In this document: one piece after another, positions 28,986 through 41,611 of the stretch
How positions within the stretch are numbered: the first letter of the stretch is position 1
Layout of the letters: every line of letters begins with the position of its first letter
NCBI GenBank assembly: GCA_012295275.1
Contig: CM022674.1
Span: 4,154,001 to 4,218,000 of the forward strand
DNA from: Chrysomallon squamiferum
Lineage: Eukaryota; Animalia; Mollusca
DNA: 64,000 bases
Direction of reading: 5' to 3'
Program-made: the position numbers and the translations under genes
Notes under the pieces: model-generated
The model's input: the letters and a program-made list of their open reading frames with translations, nothing else
Databases searched by the model: none
Told to the model about the DNA's origin: nothing

Positions 28986-31754
28986 CATACATAAAATAAT
29001 TGTAGTAATGAACTGTGAATATTTCTACTGCAATCTGATACTGTAAAACAAAAGCAACACTAATAGTACGTTACCTTTATACATATTAAATTACAGTTAT
29101 GAATACGTATGCAAATATGAAAAAGTAATTAATTTTATCTGTTATTCAACTTATTGTACTATCTATCTGTATGTCTCCATGTTCAATTTCAAAAGCCACG
29201 AAAAATAAATTATGTATATTTAAGAAAAGATCATATTCAGGTTTAACACAAAATATGTATATATATATAAAGAAAAGGTACTTTCCGTAATTATGAAATC
29301 CACCCCAAATCATTTACTGAACGGCCCCTTGAATTTAAATGATATCAAATGACTCATGTGGTCTTTATGGTGTTTAACCGCTTTGTTTGATAATCACGGG
29401 AAGTTCGCTAAAAGCACCGAAGTATGACAGTAATTCTACAAAGCGGGACAAGTGAAACATTGTTATACATTAAAAACCCTGGGTGCGGAGGCGTTGATAT
29501 TAAACAAAGATTTTTTTCTCGCGTAAAAAAACAAAACCAAAATCGATTTCTGGTTCCACTTGGTAACACAGCAAACCTCGCTAGTGTTACATTATACGCC
29601 TGTCCTAAATAGTACCCACCCCCCACAACTCCGCTTCTTGCAGGGCAGACGGGAAGATATTAAAACAGAGATTGAAAATATGTTTTGAAAATAACTGCAA
29701 CGAAAGACGGTGAATTAAAAGTGGCTTACCTGAAAAAGAAACAGATTGTGGACGGCTCTTCGCGGTGATCACAGGCGCTGCATTCTGGGTGACCTTGAAC
29801 CAAAGTCACCGCCATTCAAGGTTGTGGAGTGACCTCCAGCATAAACAATGAGAGCCGAGCAGACGTTAGTGCGATAACTTGTGTGTGTGGTGGAGTAACA
29901 GAAAAATTAGCGAATTTCGCGTCTTGTGTTACTTCTTTAATGCCGAAACCATGTGGCGTTAATAATAATTACGATAATGGCTTCTTCACAGATCATTACC
30001 GTTTGGTATTTTTAATTATAGAAAAAAGAAGAGGGGGTAAAAAAAAGGAGAAAAAGGGCGAAAATCGTGTACAGCCGATACAGTAATAATGTGAAATTTA
30101 ATTAGCGGGAAATATAGATTTTTATTCAACGTTCAAGACACATTTGCTTTGTTTGAATATAACGTTTTATAACGACGTACAGATATACTGATATAGATAT
30201 ATATAGATATATCTATATCTATATATCTATATCTATATATATATATATTTATTTATATATACACATATATTTAGAGAGAGAGATTGCTTCAGACTACTAC
30301 TACTACTACTACTACTGCTACTACTACTACTATTACTACTACTGCTGCTACCACCACTACTACTACTACTACTACAACTACTACTGCTTATTATTATTAC
30401 TATTATTATTATTTTTATTATTAATGCATTTTTAAATTTAAATTTATTTGTTTGTTTGTTTGTTTCTTTATTTTTATATTAAACTTTTCTGCCTTTAATT
30501 AACATAAATAATAACAGTGAAAGATATCGTTGGCGTCCTCCTAACACAAACATCCTCAGACATTCATTAAACTATTACAAACCGCGCTGTATCACTGCCG
30601 CGAATTAATTTTGTTAACTCGGTGAATCGAGGCTGCTTTCGACAAATAAACTCATGATGTCAGTTGCTAGGTTAATTATACTCGTTGCCATGGTAAAAAG
30701 TAATAAAGAAATTTATTGACTAAATGGGATCGCGATGTTAAAAGCACGTCTGCCTAGCGGATTAATAATACATTATAAACAGATTGCGATATCCAAAACG
30801 TACGTAATTTATTACATGTGTTTCTGTTTATCGTTATAAAAGTTAGTTTAAATTTAATACTAGTCGAATTATTCCCCTATTTCTCGTTCTTCTTCTTCTT
30901 CTTCTTCTTCTCCTACTACTGTTTATTACGAAACTTTTGGTAGTTTATGGAAATGTTATACATCTTTCCTAGAAAATTTCAAAGTAAACATTAGGGACAT
31001 TTTTTATTAAATGTATAGTTATGATATATATATATATATATATTTATTCAGGCCTGGATAATAAATTATAAACACATACAAACAAAAAAGGAAACAAACA
31101 AACACCGTATCGAGTAAATATGGAGGACTTTTCCGGAATGGGAAATGATCACACGAATGTATCCAGTGATGATTTATTTCTGCAGTGAGATACAAAGGCT
31201 ACTTTTGATTTTATTAATTTATTATTAATTGATATAATACGCTGTAACAGAGGAATTCTCCTGTGGAAGAAAATTAAGAAATGTGCTGCTGAAATAAAAA
31301 GTTTGACGCCATATTGTCGATCGCGCTGAAATAAAACAAATTAATTGGCTCGCACTTGAAAGTCGCGTTTATTTTTATCCAGGGTTTGGATAAATACTCG
31401 ACTTAACACTAACAAAGAGGAAATAATAGTTAAGAATTAAAGAAAACAGGTAGACAGCATATAAAAAAAGAAGTTAAATGAAACCCTGTAATAGGCATAA
31501 AATTGGTGAACAAATGTATTAATAAATAAAATAAAAATAAAAATAAAATAAAATAAAATAAGATAAATAAATAAATAAAAAGAAATAAAATAAAATTAAT
31601 GAATCAGTGAAGAAATAAATAAATAAATAAAACGAATGATGAAACATAATATTACAATATTTTTATAGTGTCTAATAAAACTTTGCAGACACATTTGATA
31701 TCAACATTTTAACATTTTTATAACCCGTATAATCATATGACTTTTCAACAAATA

Positions 31755-31796
<42 letters not shown>

Positions 31797-32504
31797 TTTT
31801 ATATAAATATATATAAATAATCTAGTTACAGCCATGTATATATAAACACACACCTATATATATATACACGCACTCACACAAACAAACACACACACACACT
31901 CACCCCCCCACACAGATTTTTATTTTGATAGCACTATGTTCAGTTTAATAAAAACGAAAAAAAAAACTACATACACATCATTATTCCCCCGAGAGTTACC
32001 GACCCTTCAAGTTGCAGTGGGTGCAAAAAGTCTTTAGCGACCGTACTCGTTTGAGTCAGAAACATTTTCAATTCATCGTTTTCGATGACTAAGTGACGAT
32101 AATAGAGTAGACATAAAAACAGGAGTAACAACGACGGCAGCGACAACACTAATAATGGCAGATGAAGTAGTAACAGCGCAGACAGTTCTTGAAATATCAT
32201 TAGCGACAGCTGAATCTGTAGCGACAGCAGTGTCTACAACAACAGAAGGATCAGCAGAGTGTAAAGATATGTTACCTTGTTCTGTGTACGTAATGTTATT
32301 GTATCGTGCGAATGTGTGTATCACACATGAATTTGTTCTGTGTACCTTGTATAAAGAGATATTCATTAGCTGATTTCATTATGCCATGCCTGATGCTATT
32401 TGCTTTATTTGAGGTATATGAAGCAATTCGTAGAAATCTTTACAAAAGACAAAAATTATTTCAAAATGATATTAATTTTATTTGAGGCATATGAGGTCAT
32501 TCTT

Positions 32505-33134
32505 AAAAATGCTTACGAAAGACAAAAATAAATAAATAAATAAATAAATAAATTAATAAATTAATAGGTTTACTGTTCTTGGAACTTGAGACCAAAAATA
32601 AATAACATTATCATTATATTTTCGAAACATTCCGAATATTTCGAAATATATTCGAATTAGTGCACACTTTCCTTGCATTTGAAAATGCAGACACATAAAT
32701 TCTGTGACAGTGTCGTAAATAAATTGAATTAACCGATAGCGTTTTAAATTAAATAATGAATGAATTAGAATGTTTATACATATATATATGGAAACGCACA
32801 AAACAGACGCACGAACGCACGCATATTTACGCACATACAATACACACACACACACACATAAACACTCGGTTACCTAGCCCCTAAGTCAAAGTCGGAGGTG
32901 TAAACGGGTATGGAATTTATACTTATACTATTTTTAGATTTCCACATGACGTCATATTACTGTGACGTTATTTTGTGAAGCCGGCCTCTCGAACACAGAA
33001 ACAATGAATTCAGTGTGACTCGGAATATTCCGAAAATATCATGTTACCGGCATTTATTTTTGGTTCCAAGACACAAAAAGAGTAAGTGCATTTGTCTTGT
33101 TTGTTTATTTATTTTCGTCTTTCCTAAAGCTTTT
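32505..33134. mobile_element. Decayed inverted-repeat (MITE/foldback-like) element
   Basis: Left arm ~32505-32635 (gaaagacaaaaataaataaa...accaaaaataaat...atattttcgaaacattccga) matches the reverse complement of right arm ~33020-33134; ~380-bp spacer; no transposase. Confidence 0.5.
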
Positions 33135-33339
33135 GGTAAATAACAATAGTTAATAAAATAACAACGTAAATGACGATGGTTATAATAAAGTAACAATAAT
33201 TCTGACGACTAAATTTAATTATCTGTTTTGTTGTTCTTGTGGAGTTATTAACATGAGATTTAGTTCTATATTTCTACTGTTGTCATTGACAACACAATTA
33301 AAACAAAATTAAAACACTATATATACAATAACCATGTAA

Positions 33340-33380
<41 letters not shown>

Positions 33381-33665
33381 ATAATAATAATAAAATAATA
33401 ATAATAATAATAAAAAAGCAATAACACACTGAAACTTTATATTTTCACTAATATTATTAATGCTGCTGCTACTACTACTACTGCAACAACTACTGCTACT
33501 ATTACTGCATCTGCTTCTAATACAAAAAACTACTACTCCTATTTACTATTAGTACTACAAATAAATAAACACACAAATAAATAAACAACAAACAAACAAA
33601 TAAAGTAATAAATGAATGAATGAACGAATCACGAATAAAAAAAAAAAAAAAATATATACAGTGCG

Positions 33666-33740
33666 ATGGCCTACTCTATTATGAATAGCAGCTAATGACA
33701 TTTACCCATAGACAGGATAGCACACACCATGGCCTTTGAT
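33666..33740 (-). mobile_element. SINE central-domain fragment (MetaSINE/MESC-type)
   Basis: Reverse complement atcaaaggccatggtgtgtgctatcctgtctatggg...gctgctattcataatagagtaggccat resembles the conserved molluscan SINE core (aaaggccgtggtatgtgctatcctgtctgtggg...gctgctaatcgaaaagagtagcccat), recalled from memory. Confidence 0.65.
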
Positions 33741-33899
33741 AAAAAAAAAAAAAAACAACATTGTCGTGACGAAATAATTTTATATATGTTTGTTTATTTT
33801 ATTTTAGATTATGTATGTATACATGAGTGCTTGTGTGTATGTATGTATATGTTATGTATGTTTGTGTTTACATTTGTATTTATTTATTTATTTATTTGT

Positions 33900-33930
<31 letters not shown>

Positions 33931-33950
33931 TTTGTTTGTTTATATCTCAG

Positions 33951-34045
33951 CCGTCCCTCCCTAGCCTCTGTTATCACGGAATATGGATCAGTTTGTTGGA
34001 ATCGAATGTGGCCATATGTAAACACAGTGTTCGCCTGCATTAGAG
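33951..34045 (+). CDS. Uncharacterised protein, coding exon 3
   Basis: tatatctcag acceptor, AG|GTATCT donor, 95 bp, phase 2/1; RPSLASVITEYGSVCWNRMWPYVNTVFACIR; a complex-sequence island between AT microsatellites. Confidence 0.68.
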
Positions 34046-34053
34046 GTATCTTA

Positions 34054-34091
<38 letters not shown>

Positions 34092-34168
34092 GTTGTTATT
34101 ATTATTTTGTTATTATTATTAAATAAAGCAAAATTAACAAAATTAATATTAAATTATGATTATTATTT

Positions 34169-34204
<36 letters not shown>

Positions 34205-34552
34205 AAATTATTATTATTAAATGTTGTTTTATATTAATTATTATTATTAACATTATTATTATTTTTATTATTATTTAAATGAAAGCAAAAAAAATAAAAA
34301 AACAAAACAACAAAAATACAAATTCAGCAACTACAATAAATAAAAAATAAATAATAAAAAAAACATAAAAAACAAAAAAAGGATACAGAAAAAAAAAAAA
34401 AAAAAAAAAAATGAATTGAAAAACAAAAATGCATCATGAAATAAAAAAGAAAAAATAATAAATAACAAAAACAAAACAACAAAAAAAAAACAAGCAAAAA
34501 TGATAATGATAAACAAAGAAACAAACAAATAATAATAATAATAATAATGATG

Positions 34553-34597
<45 letters not shown>

Positions 34598-34782
34598 CAA
34601 TGATAATAATAAAACAAAACAAAACAGTCGAACTAAAAATAAATAAATTAATCCTGCATTCGCTTAGTTAATACGAATTAGCAGCATAGCAAAAAAACCC
34701 AACAACAAACAAACAAAAAAACCCGTTAATATATGTACTAAAACTGTGACTCTCATCTTACATTTTTATTTTCTTATTTCAG

Positions 34783-34823
34783 ATAAAGTGTTTACAAAAT
34801 TTGACAATGATCTTGAAGACTGG
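34783..34823 (+). CDS. Uncharacterised protein, coding exon 4 (41-bp small exon)
   Basis: ttttcttatttcag acceptor, TGG|GTAAGT donor, phase 1/0; (D)KVFTKFDNDLEDW. Confidence 0.72.
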
Positions 34824-35065
34824 GTAAGTAGCTAAAATTTCATTTCCAAAAAATACAGTAAGGGAGATAACCAAGGGTAGAAGATTTATGAGAGTTTGCT
34901 CTCCCTTATGACGTATGAAAGTGTTTTCTATACGTTGAATAATCCGAATTGGCAGCAAATAAAAATAAAAAAAAAAAAAAAAATGATGATGATGATGATG
35001 ATGATGATAATAAATAAATATGCAATAATTAAATGAAACAATAATACAAAGGAAAAAAAAACCAA

Positions 35066-35123
<58 letters not shown>

Positions 35124-35566
35124 AATAGTGATAATTAGAATAAAAGAAGAAGAGAAGACAATAATTAAATGTAATAATTTACAATACGAATAAAGTTATT
35201 ATTATCACTGATGCTAATGATGTTGTTGTTGTTGTTGCTCTTCTTTTTTTTTCTTTTTCTTCTTCTTCTTCTTCTTCTTCTTAGTTTAAAAAACCCACTG
35301 GATGGCAAACTCACTTTCTTCTATCTTTATCTTTATAAACCCTAAACCTATGACGTCATGTAAACGTAGGTTTTAAATATGATGAACATTGATGTTACTT
35401 CTTTTTTTTTTTATATCTTTCGTTAACTTTTCATTACTGACTTTGCTTTATTTTATTTTATTTTTTTTCTGAACATTGTTTATGATTATTTATTATTTAG
35501 TATTTTCCAAGCATTTTTTTTAATTTCTGTTTTCCTTTACGTCACTGATATTAATTCTATCTTCAG

Positions 35567-35752
35567 GTCTTTGTGCCAGCCGCCGGAACCCATTTAAGTG
35601 GGTCATGGACGGACGTTTCCGGTTGGGAAGGTCAAGGTCAACAGGGGAACCGCGGCAAAACGGAAACAATGTCTATTCTTGGTTACAGGGACCGCCCAAT
35701 GGTCGATGTTGACCTATCGGGATCCCCGAAATATCAAATGGATTTTGATTGA
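35567..35752 (+). CDS. Uncharacterised protein, terminal coding exon
   Basis: ttctatcttcag acceptor, phase 0, open for 61 codons: VFVPAAGTHLSGSWTDVSGWEGQGQQGNRGKTETMSILGYRDRPMVDVDLSGSPKYQMDFD, stop TGA 35750-35752; GC-richer than flanks. Confidence 0.72.
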   Translation, partial: VFVPAAGTHLSGSWTDVSGWEGQGQQGNRGKTETMSILGYRDRPMVDVDLSGSPKYQMDFD

Positions 35753-35847
35753 CATTTCGGGCTCATAACATTTTTTTTGCATTTTGAGTGAATTCCAAAA
35801 CGTTTTTATATGAAATAGTACAATTTTTTATTTTTTATTTTTTTTTA

Positions 35848-35857
35848 AATAAATAAA
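35848..35857 (+). other. Candidate polyadenylation signals (overlapping AATAAA x2) for the plus-strand gene
   Basis: ~100 bp after the stop codon; AATAAA is common in this AT-rich DNA, so support is weak. Confidence 0.3.
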
Positions 35858-36445
35858 GCAAGTTTGTGTTATTATTATTTATTTTTCAAATGTCTTTTGG
35901 ACTGGTCATGATGACTGCAACTACACCAAGAATGAATTGTGGTAATAGTAAAAGTAACAGTAATAGCTGCAGCTGTAAATAGTAATAGCAACAATAATGG
36001 TTAATAACGCGGTAAGAATGGTACAAATAATATTATAAATATTAATAATAACAGTAATAGTAGTAGTAGTAGTAGTAGTAGTAGTAATAACAGCATCAGT
36101 AGCAGTAGCAACAATAACCGTAGCAACAACAGTAATACCAATAACAGCAACCACAGTAGTAGTAGTAGTAGTAGTAGTAATAGCAGCATCAGTAGCAGTT
36201 GCAACAATAACGTACCAACAACTGTAACACCAGTAACAGCAACAACAGCAGCAGTAGTAGCAATGGTAACGATGTAGGAATTATGGTGACATTAGTAGTA
36301 GCAGAAGAAGCAATAGAGGTTGCAGTAGCTGCAGAACCGAATCTGTGTTGCTGACGTAACACAAAATCAGCTAAAATAAGTGTAGGAGTGGTTCAACAGA
36401 AACAATACAAAAGGGTAGTTTCGAAGAGACTAAAGTAAAAATAAA

Positions 36446-36509
<64 letters not shown>

Positions 36510-37314
36510 CTAATAATAGTAATAATAATAATAATAAGGAGAAGAAGAACAACAACAACAACAGCAACAATAACAATTTCAAACCGACGAAATAAAACAG
36601 TTAAGCCGTTTCTAAACCAAACAGATAAGAGAAGTTATTCACAACTTTAATTCATCAAGCCTCTAAGTTTCTTTCTTTCTTTTTTTTTTTTTATTTCTTT
36701 CTTTCACCGAAAGCCGTAATAATCCTCAACAATAACGGGAGATTTGTACCTTTCCTCCCAGAAGCAATACCGGGGGTTGGAGGGGGGGGGGCGGGGGGAA
36801 AAAGGAAAATATTTATTATATTACACAAGACCCATAAATTAATATTAAACATGCCTGCCTGTCTAGCTTCAATTCGTTTTTCCGTGTCAATAAAAACCGA
36901 GAAAGGTTTTAACGTCTTTACTCTTGGGGGATTGAACGTCGCGTTCCCCTGCTGCTCTCGAGTATCTAAATGAAACAGATGTATCACTGTAAATAAAGAG
37001 TGATGATGTGCAGACATTGCCGGAGATTAATTAAGCCAAGGTAAATCACAATATGGTCAATAAGAAGTGGTCGGTATTTCTGAATTGTGTCGAGCAAATT
37101 GCATTGGACGCGAGCGTCTTGCTTTATGGCGTCGAGTCTAATGCGGCGTGGTTTGGGGATGTGATTGTGGTAAAAGAAGAAGAAAAAAAAAAAAGAAATA
37201 AAAATAAAAATCGAGACTGTGTTGGAGAACGGTCGATCTGGGATGGTTTCGTATACCCCCATCTGTGAAATATGGGAGATTTTATTTTATTTATTTTTTA
37301 ATTTTATTTTTGTT

Positions 37315-37355
<41 letters not shown>

Positions 37356-37402
37356 GTTTGTTATTATTATTATTATTATTGTTGTTGTTGTTGTTGTTGT
37401 TG

Positions 37403-37455
<53 letters not shown>

Positions 37456-37911
37456 TATTTATTTTTTGTTTTGTTTTGTTTTTGTTTTGTTTTGTTTCAG
37501 TGTCGACAAGTAAAATATTGAATTATTGTGGTATGTGCTGTGCTGTGCTGTGTTGTGTGTGGGAAATAAAAGCAGCTGCAGCAAACAACAATGAAAAATA
37601 ATGAAATGAAATGATAATGCTGATGAGGATAATGATTACGACAAAAATAAATAAATAAATAAATAAATTAAATAAAATAAAATGAAAAATTATAAACAAA
37701 AACAATACAACAGCTTCTAGTGGTAGTAGTTGTAGTAGTAGTATCATCAGCAGCAGGAGTAGTGGTGGCAGTGGGATTGTAGCGGCAGTATTAGATGTAT
37801 GTAGCCGCCAACGTAACAATATAACAGCGATGTCAACACGATAACAACAACAACAACAACAACAACAACAGCAAGAACAATAATAATAACAATAGCAACA
37901 ACAACAACAAC

Positions 37912-37961
<50 letters not shown>

Positions 37962-38964
37962 TAATGATGATGATGATGATGATAATAATAATAGTAATAA
38001 TAATAATAATAATAATAATAGTAATAAAAGTAACAATAACAAAACAACAACAACAATAAAAAATAAATAAAATAATAATAATAATAATAATAACAATAAT
38101 AATAATACAAATAATGACAAAAAATAACAATATCCCATTACTTCATTTTATTTTACAAATTAAAAAAAGAATGTGTCGATTGTTAGCACGTGGATAACTT
38201 ACGCGAACTTGTTACCAAAATATGCGCATTTCTCAACCCTCCCACGTGCCGACGGTGTCGCGTTATTATTAGTACATATGTCTTGGGTTTAACGATTGGT
38301 TCAAATCTTGACATGTCTAGACGGCGCTTCTAATGTTACATCCAATCAGAACAGAGGTATTATCATCAAAAGGAAATCGCTTACGAAAGGATAATCCACC
38401 TTTATAAGACTATTAACCTGATTGGTGGAAATTTCTGGAATCCCATCGACTTCTAGAAGAAGATGGAACATAAACATATATTTGTAAAATAAATAATTAT
38501 CAATCAGCTTAAGTAAATTGTCTTCAAAACGTGTTAGTTTCGGGTTCGTGTCTTGATGATTACCCTAGTGTAGAGCTTATTTCGGAAGGCATATTAGCAA
38601 TAGATTTCCCTTGCCTGTAACTAACCGTTTAACACACTAATATTGATATTATGATTTTTGTTAGACAATAGATAATGTCTGCAGTACTAGTAGTAGTAGT
38701 AGTAGTAGTAGTAGTAATAATAATAAAAAGTAATAACAGCAACAACGATAACAACAACAGCAACAACAATAATCACCTTAATAATAATGATGATAATGAT
38801 GACGATGATGAAAATAATAATAATAATGATAATGATGATAATGATGATGATGATGATAATAATAATAGTAATAATAATGATGATGATGATGATGATAATA
38901 TGTGATGACGTGTTGCTAGTTAAAGTATTAATTTCATTTCTTTTTGGTTTAAAACTGTTTCATT

Positions 38965-39051
<87 letters not shown>

Positions 39052-39632
39052 CTCTGTTTCTCTATTTTTCTGTTTCTACAGTTCCACCTCTACAAAGTGT
39101 TTCTTTGTTACAAACCTGACTGGGTTTTTTTATCTTCAAGACTTCACCCTGTTTGACGTTTTGCGAATTTCCTCTTCTGTCATTTACGACAGAATTTTCC
39201 GACAGAGCAAAACTTGTCGCAAAGTGAATAAGCCTGAAGGTAGTTCCGGCAATTGACAATGGTTTAAAACTGCCTGAAAATTATTTCTGATTGGTTTTCA
39301 GTTTGGTAAATTTTGTTGTTAAAACTCCGCTTCGATAAACTAGTAAGTTGAAGTATTTGGGTCGTACGAACGATGCAGCGAGTTATTTAGTATTATTTAT
39401 ATATTTATTTTTTGTTGTTGTTCTTTTCTTCTCGTTGTTTTTTGGGGTTTTTTTTTATTGATTTTTGCTGTTCTATTTGTTCTTCTTGTTGTTTCTCTCT
39501 GCATCGTTCCTTTTGTTTGTTCTTATTCTTCTTCTGTTTTTTTTTTTTTTTTTTTTTTGTTGGGAACCAGTCGTATACTTTATAATTAATAGAGATTTTT
39601 TGGCTTTCTTTTTTTTCTCTGTTTCTTCTTTT

Positions 39633-39697
<65 letters not shown>

Positions 39698-40149
39698 TAA
39701 TAATAATAATAATAATAATAATTATTATTATTATTATTATATATAGATTTTTTTGTTCCTTCATTCTTTAATACCATTTTTGTTTTTCATTTATTTGTAT
39801 TATTACTGTTGTTGCATTCATTTATTCATTCATTCAGTAATTAATTAATTCTTTTTTTCATCGAATTTATTATTCTTTCCTTTAATTTTTTTATCATTTT
39901 TTTTTTTTTTGGAAATCCTTTTTTATTTCATACAGTATACTTTTATTTATTAAATTCTTTCATTTTTACATTTCACTGTTTCTTTTCTCTTTTTTTTTCG
40001 TCATATTTCTTAATAACAAAGGCTACACTGGGATTTCAAATTGAAATTTCACGTCAGACTTACATGATATCAACTGCGAATGTCAAAAACTGCTTCACTT
40101 GGTAAATAATTAATTACGTTCATTCTGAAATATTTTTAACGTCATCTTC

Positions 40150-40370
40150 CGTCTCAAGTGAATAACGTGTCCTGGGATACTGTGGTTCGAATCTCGAATG
40201 GTGCTGGTTGTAGGTTTGCTAATTACATCTGACTGACGTGAAAGGTCAGAAGATCAATTTTCCTCGATGCTCCTATAAGTCTATTTCCCGATCTAACGAG
40301 GCTTTCATGACTTGTGTCTAAAAGGTAGTGTGGTATGTGATGTACTGTCTTTGGGAAGATGACCATAGAC
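40150..40370 (+). mobile_element. Degenerate tRNA-derived SINE (B-box head plus Meta/MESC-like core)
   Basis: GGTTCGAATC B-box near 40184-40193, followed at 40280-40370 by ctatttcccg...catgacttgtgtctaaaaggtagtgtggtatgtgatgtactgtctttggg, similar to the 33.7-kb fragment. Confidence 0.5.
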
Positions 40371-40431
40371 AATAATTGTTTAATGTGTAACAACAGTAGC
40401 CAAAAGTTGACGAAACGTTTTTTGTAGAGAC

Positions 40432-40536
<105 letters not shown>

Positions 40537-40659
40537 AACATATACAAACAGAATAATTCACTGATTCTTATTAGAACGAACCTGTCAGACATCTTTGAAC
40601 CCTCAATATTAGCACATATGCAATCAATATAAAAACAGGAATAACCCAAAACAAACGTG

Positions 40660-40880
40660 TTTAAACTCTCAGGACATAAAAGCCCCGTAAACAGTATTCA
40701 TAAAAGTCACACCAGGAAGAACCCATCACGAACTTACCAGGACATTAAAGCCCTATATACTAGTGACTCGTAATAAACATGCCAAAAAAAAAAAAAAAAA
40801 AAAAAAACCAGGAAGAAAACGTTACAAACGTATTTAAAGTCCCAGGACATTAAAACCCTATACACTCCAGACACATAAAT
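40660..40880. repeat. Degenerate tandem repeat (caggacattaaa.ccct.tata-like units, ~3 copies)
   Basis: Related units at ~40670, 40739 and 40843. Confidence 0.55.
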
Positions 40881-41542
40881 CTAACGTAAAATGTCTTCAT
40901 CTGCAACATCTTCGATATATATTTTTAAAATCAAATCTTGAAGTGCGATCTGATTCTGTTTTATCATTTGACCTTTCAGAAATAAACAAAAAAAAAAAAA
41001 AAAAAAAAAATAAATAAATAAAAAAAAACAAACAACAAAACAACAACAACAACAAAAAAAAAATAAACAACTAGAAAAAATGAAAAAAAAAAAAAAAAAA
41101 ATGCGAGTTATGGAAATGATAAACGCGAGTAAAATGTACTGTTTCTCACTTTTTGCCCCCCAAAAAACTTCAATCGTTTTATTTCTCCAGAGATAGAACT
41201 GTCGCGATATTTGACCTCTTGTGTCAAAAAAAGCAAGGGCCGTTTGGTGCATGTGTACACAACTCAGCGTTTATCGTTTAAGATGAATTACGACATTTTT
41301 TTTTTTTGCTGTTGTGGTTGATCCATTCGGTTAAAAATAAAAGTAAAAATTTCCAGCAAAAATTTTCTTTAAAAACAAAAATGAAAATCTCATTTAATTT
41401 TTTTTTCTTCAAACTTTGACGTTGACGCGTTTTTCTCTCTTAGAACAAAATGAAAAAACAAAGAAGAAAGTCACTTTACGTATGTTGTCGTGTTCATTTT
41501 AAGTTATTCAGTTATTCTATCAGTATTATTATTATTATTATT

Positions 41543-41578
<36 letters not shown>

Positions 41579-41580
41579 AA

Positions 41581-41611
<31 letters not shown>

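Noticed and set aside
30188-30240. AGATAT/ATATCT hairpin
   Set aside because: Low-complexity palindromic AT repeat, common in such genomes.
32088-32373. ORF MADEVVTAQTVLEISLATAES...
   Set aside because: Looks like a degenerate (ACA/GCA/GTA) triplet tract; I found no splice sites fitting the plus-strand exon chain.
40170-40200. Functional tRNA gene
   Set aside because: B-box only, no cloverleaf; treated as a SINE remnant.
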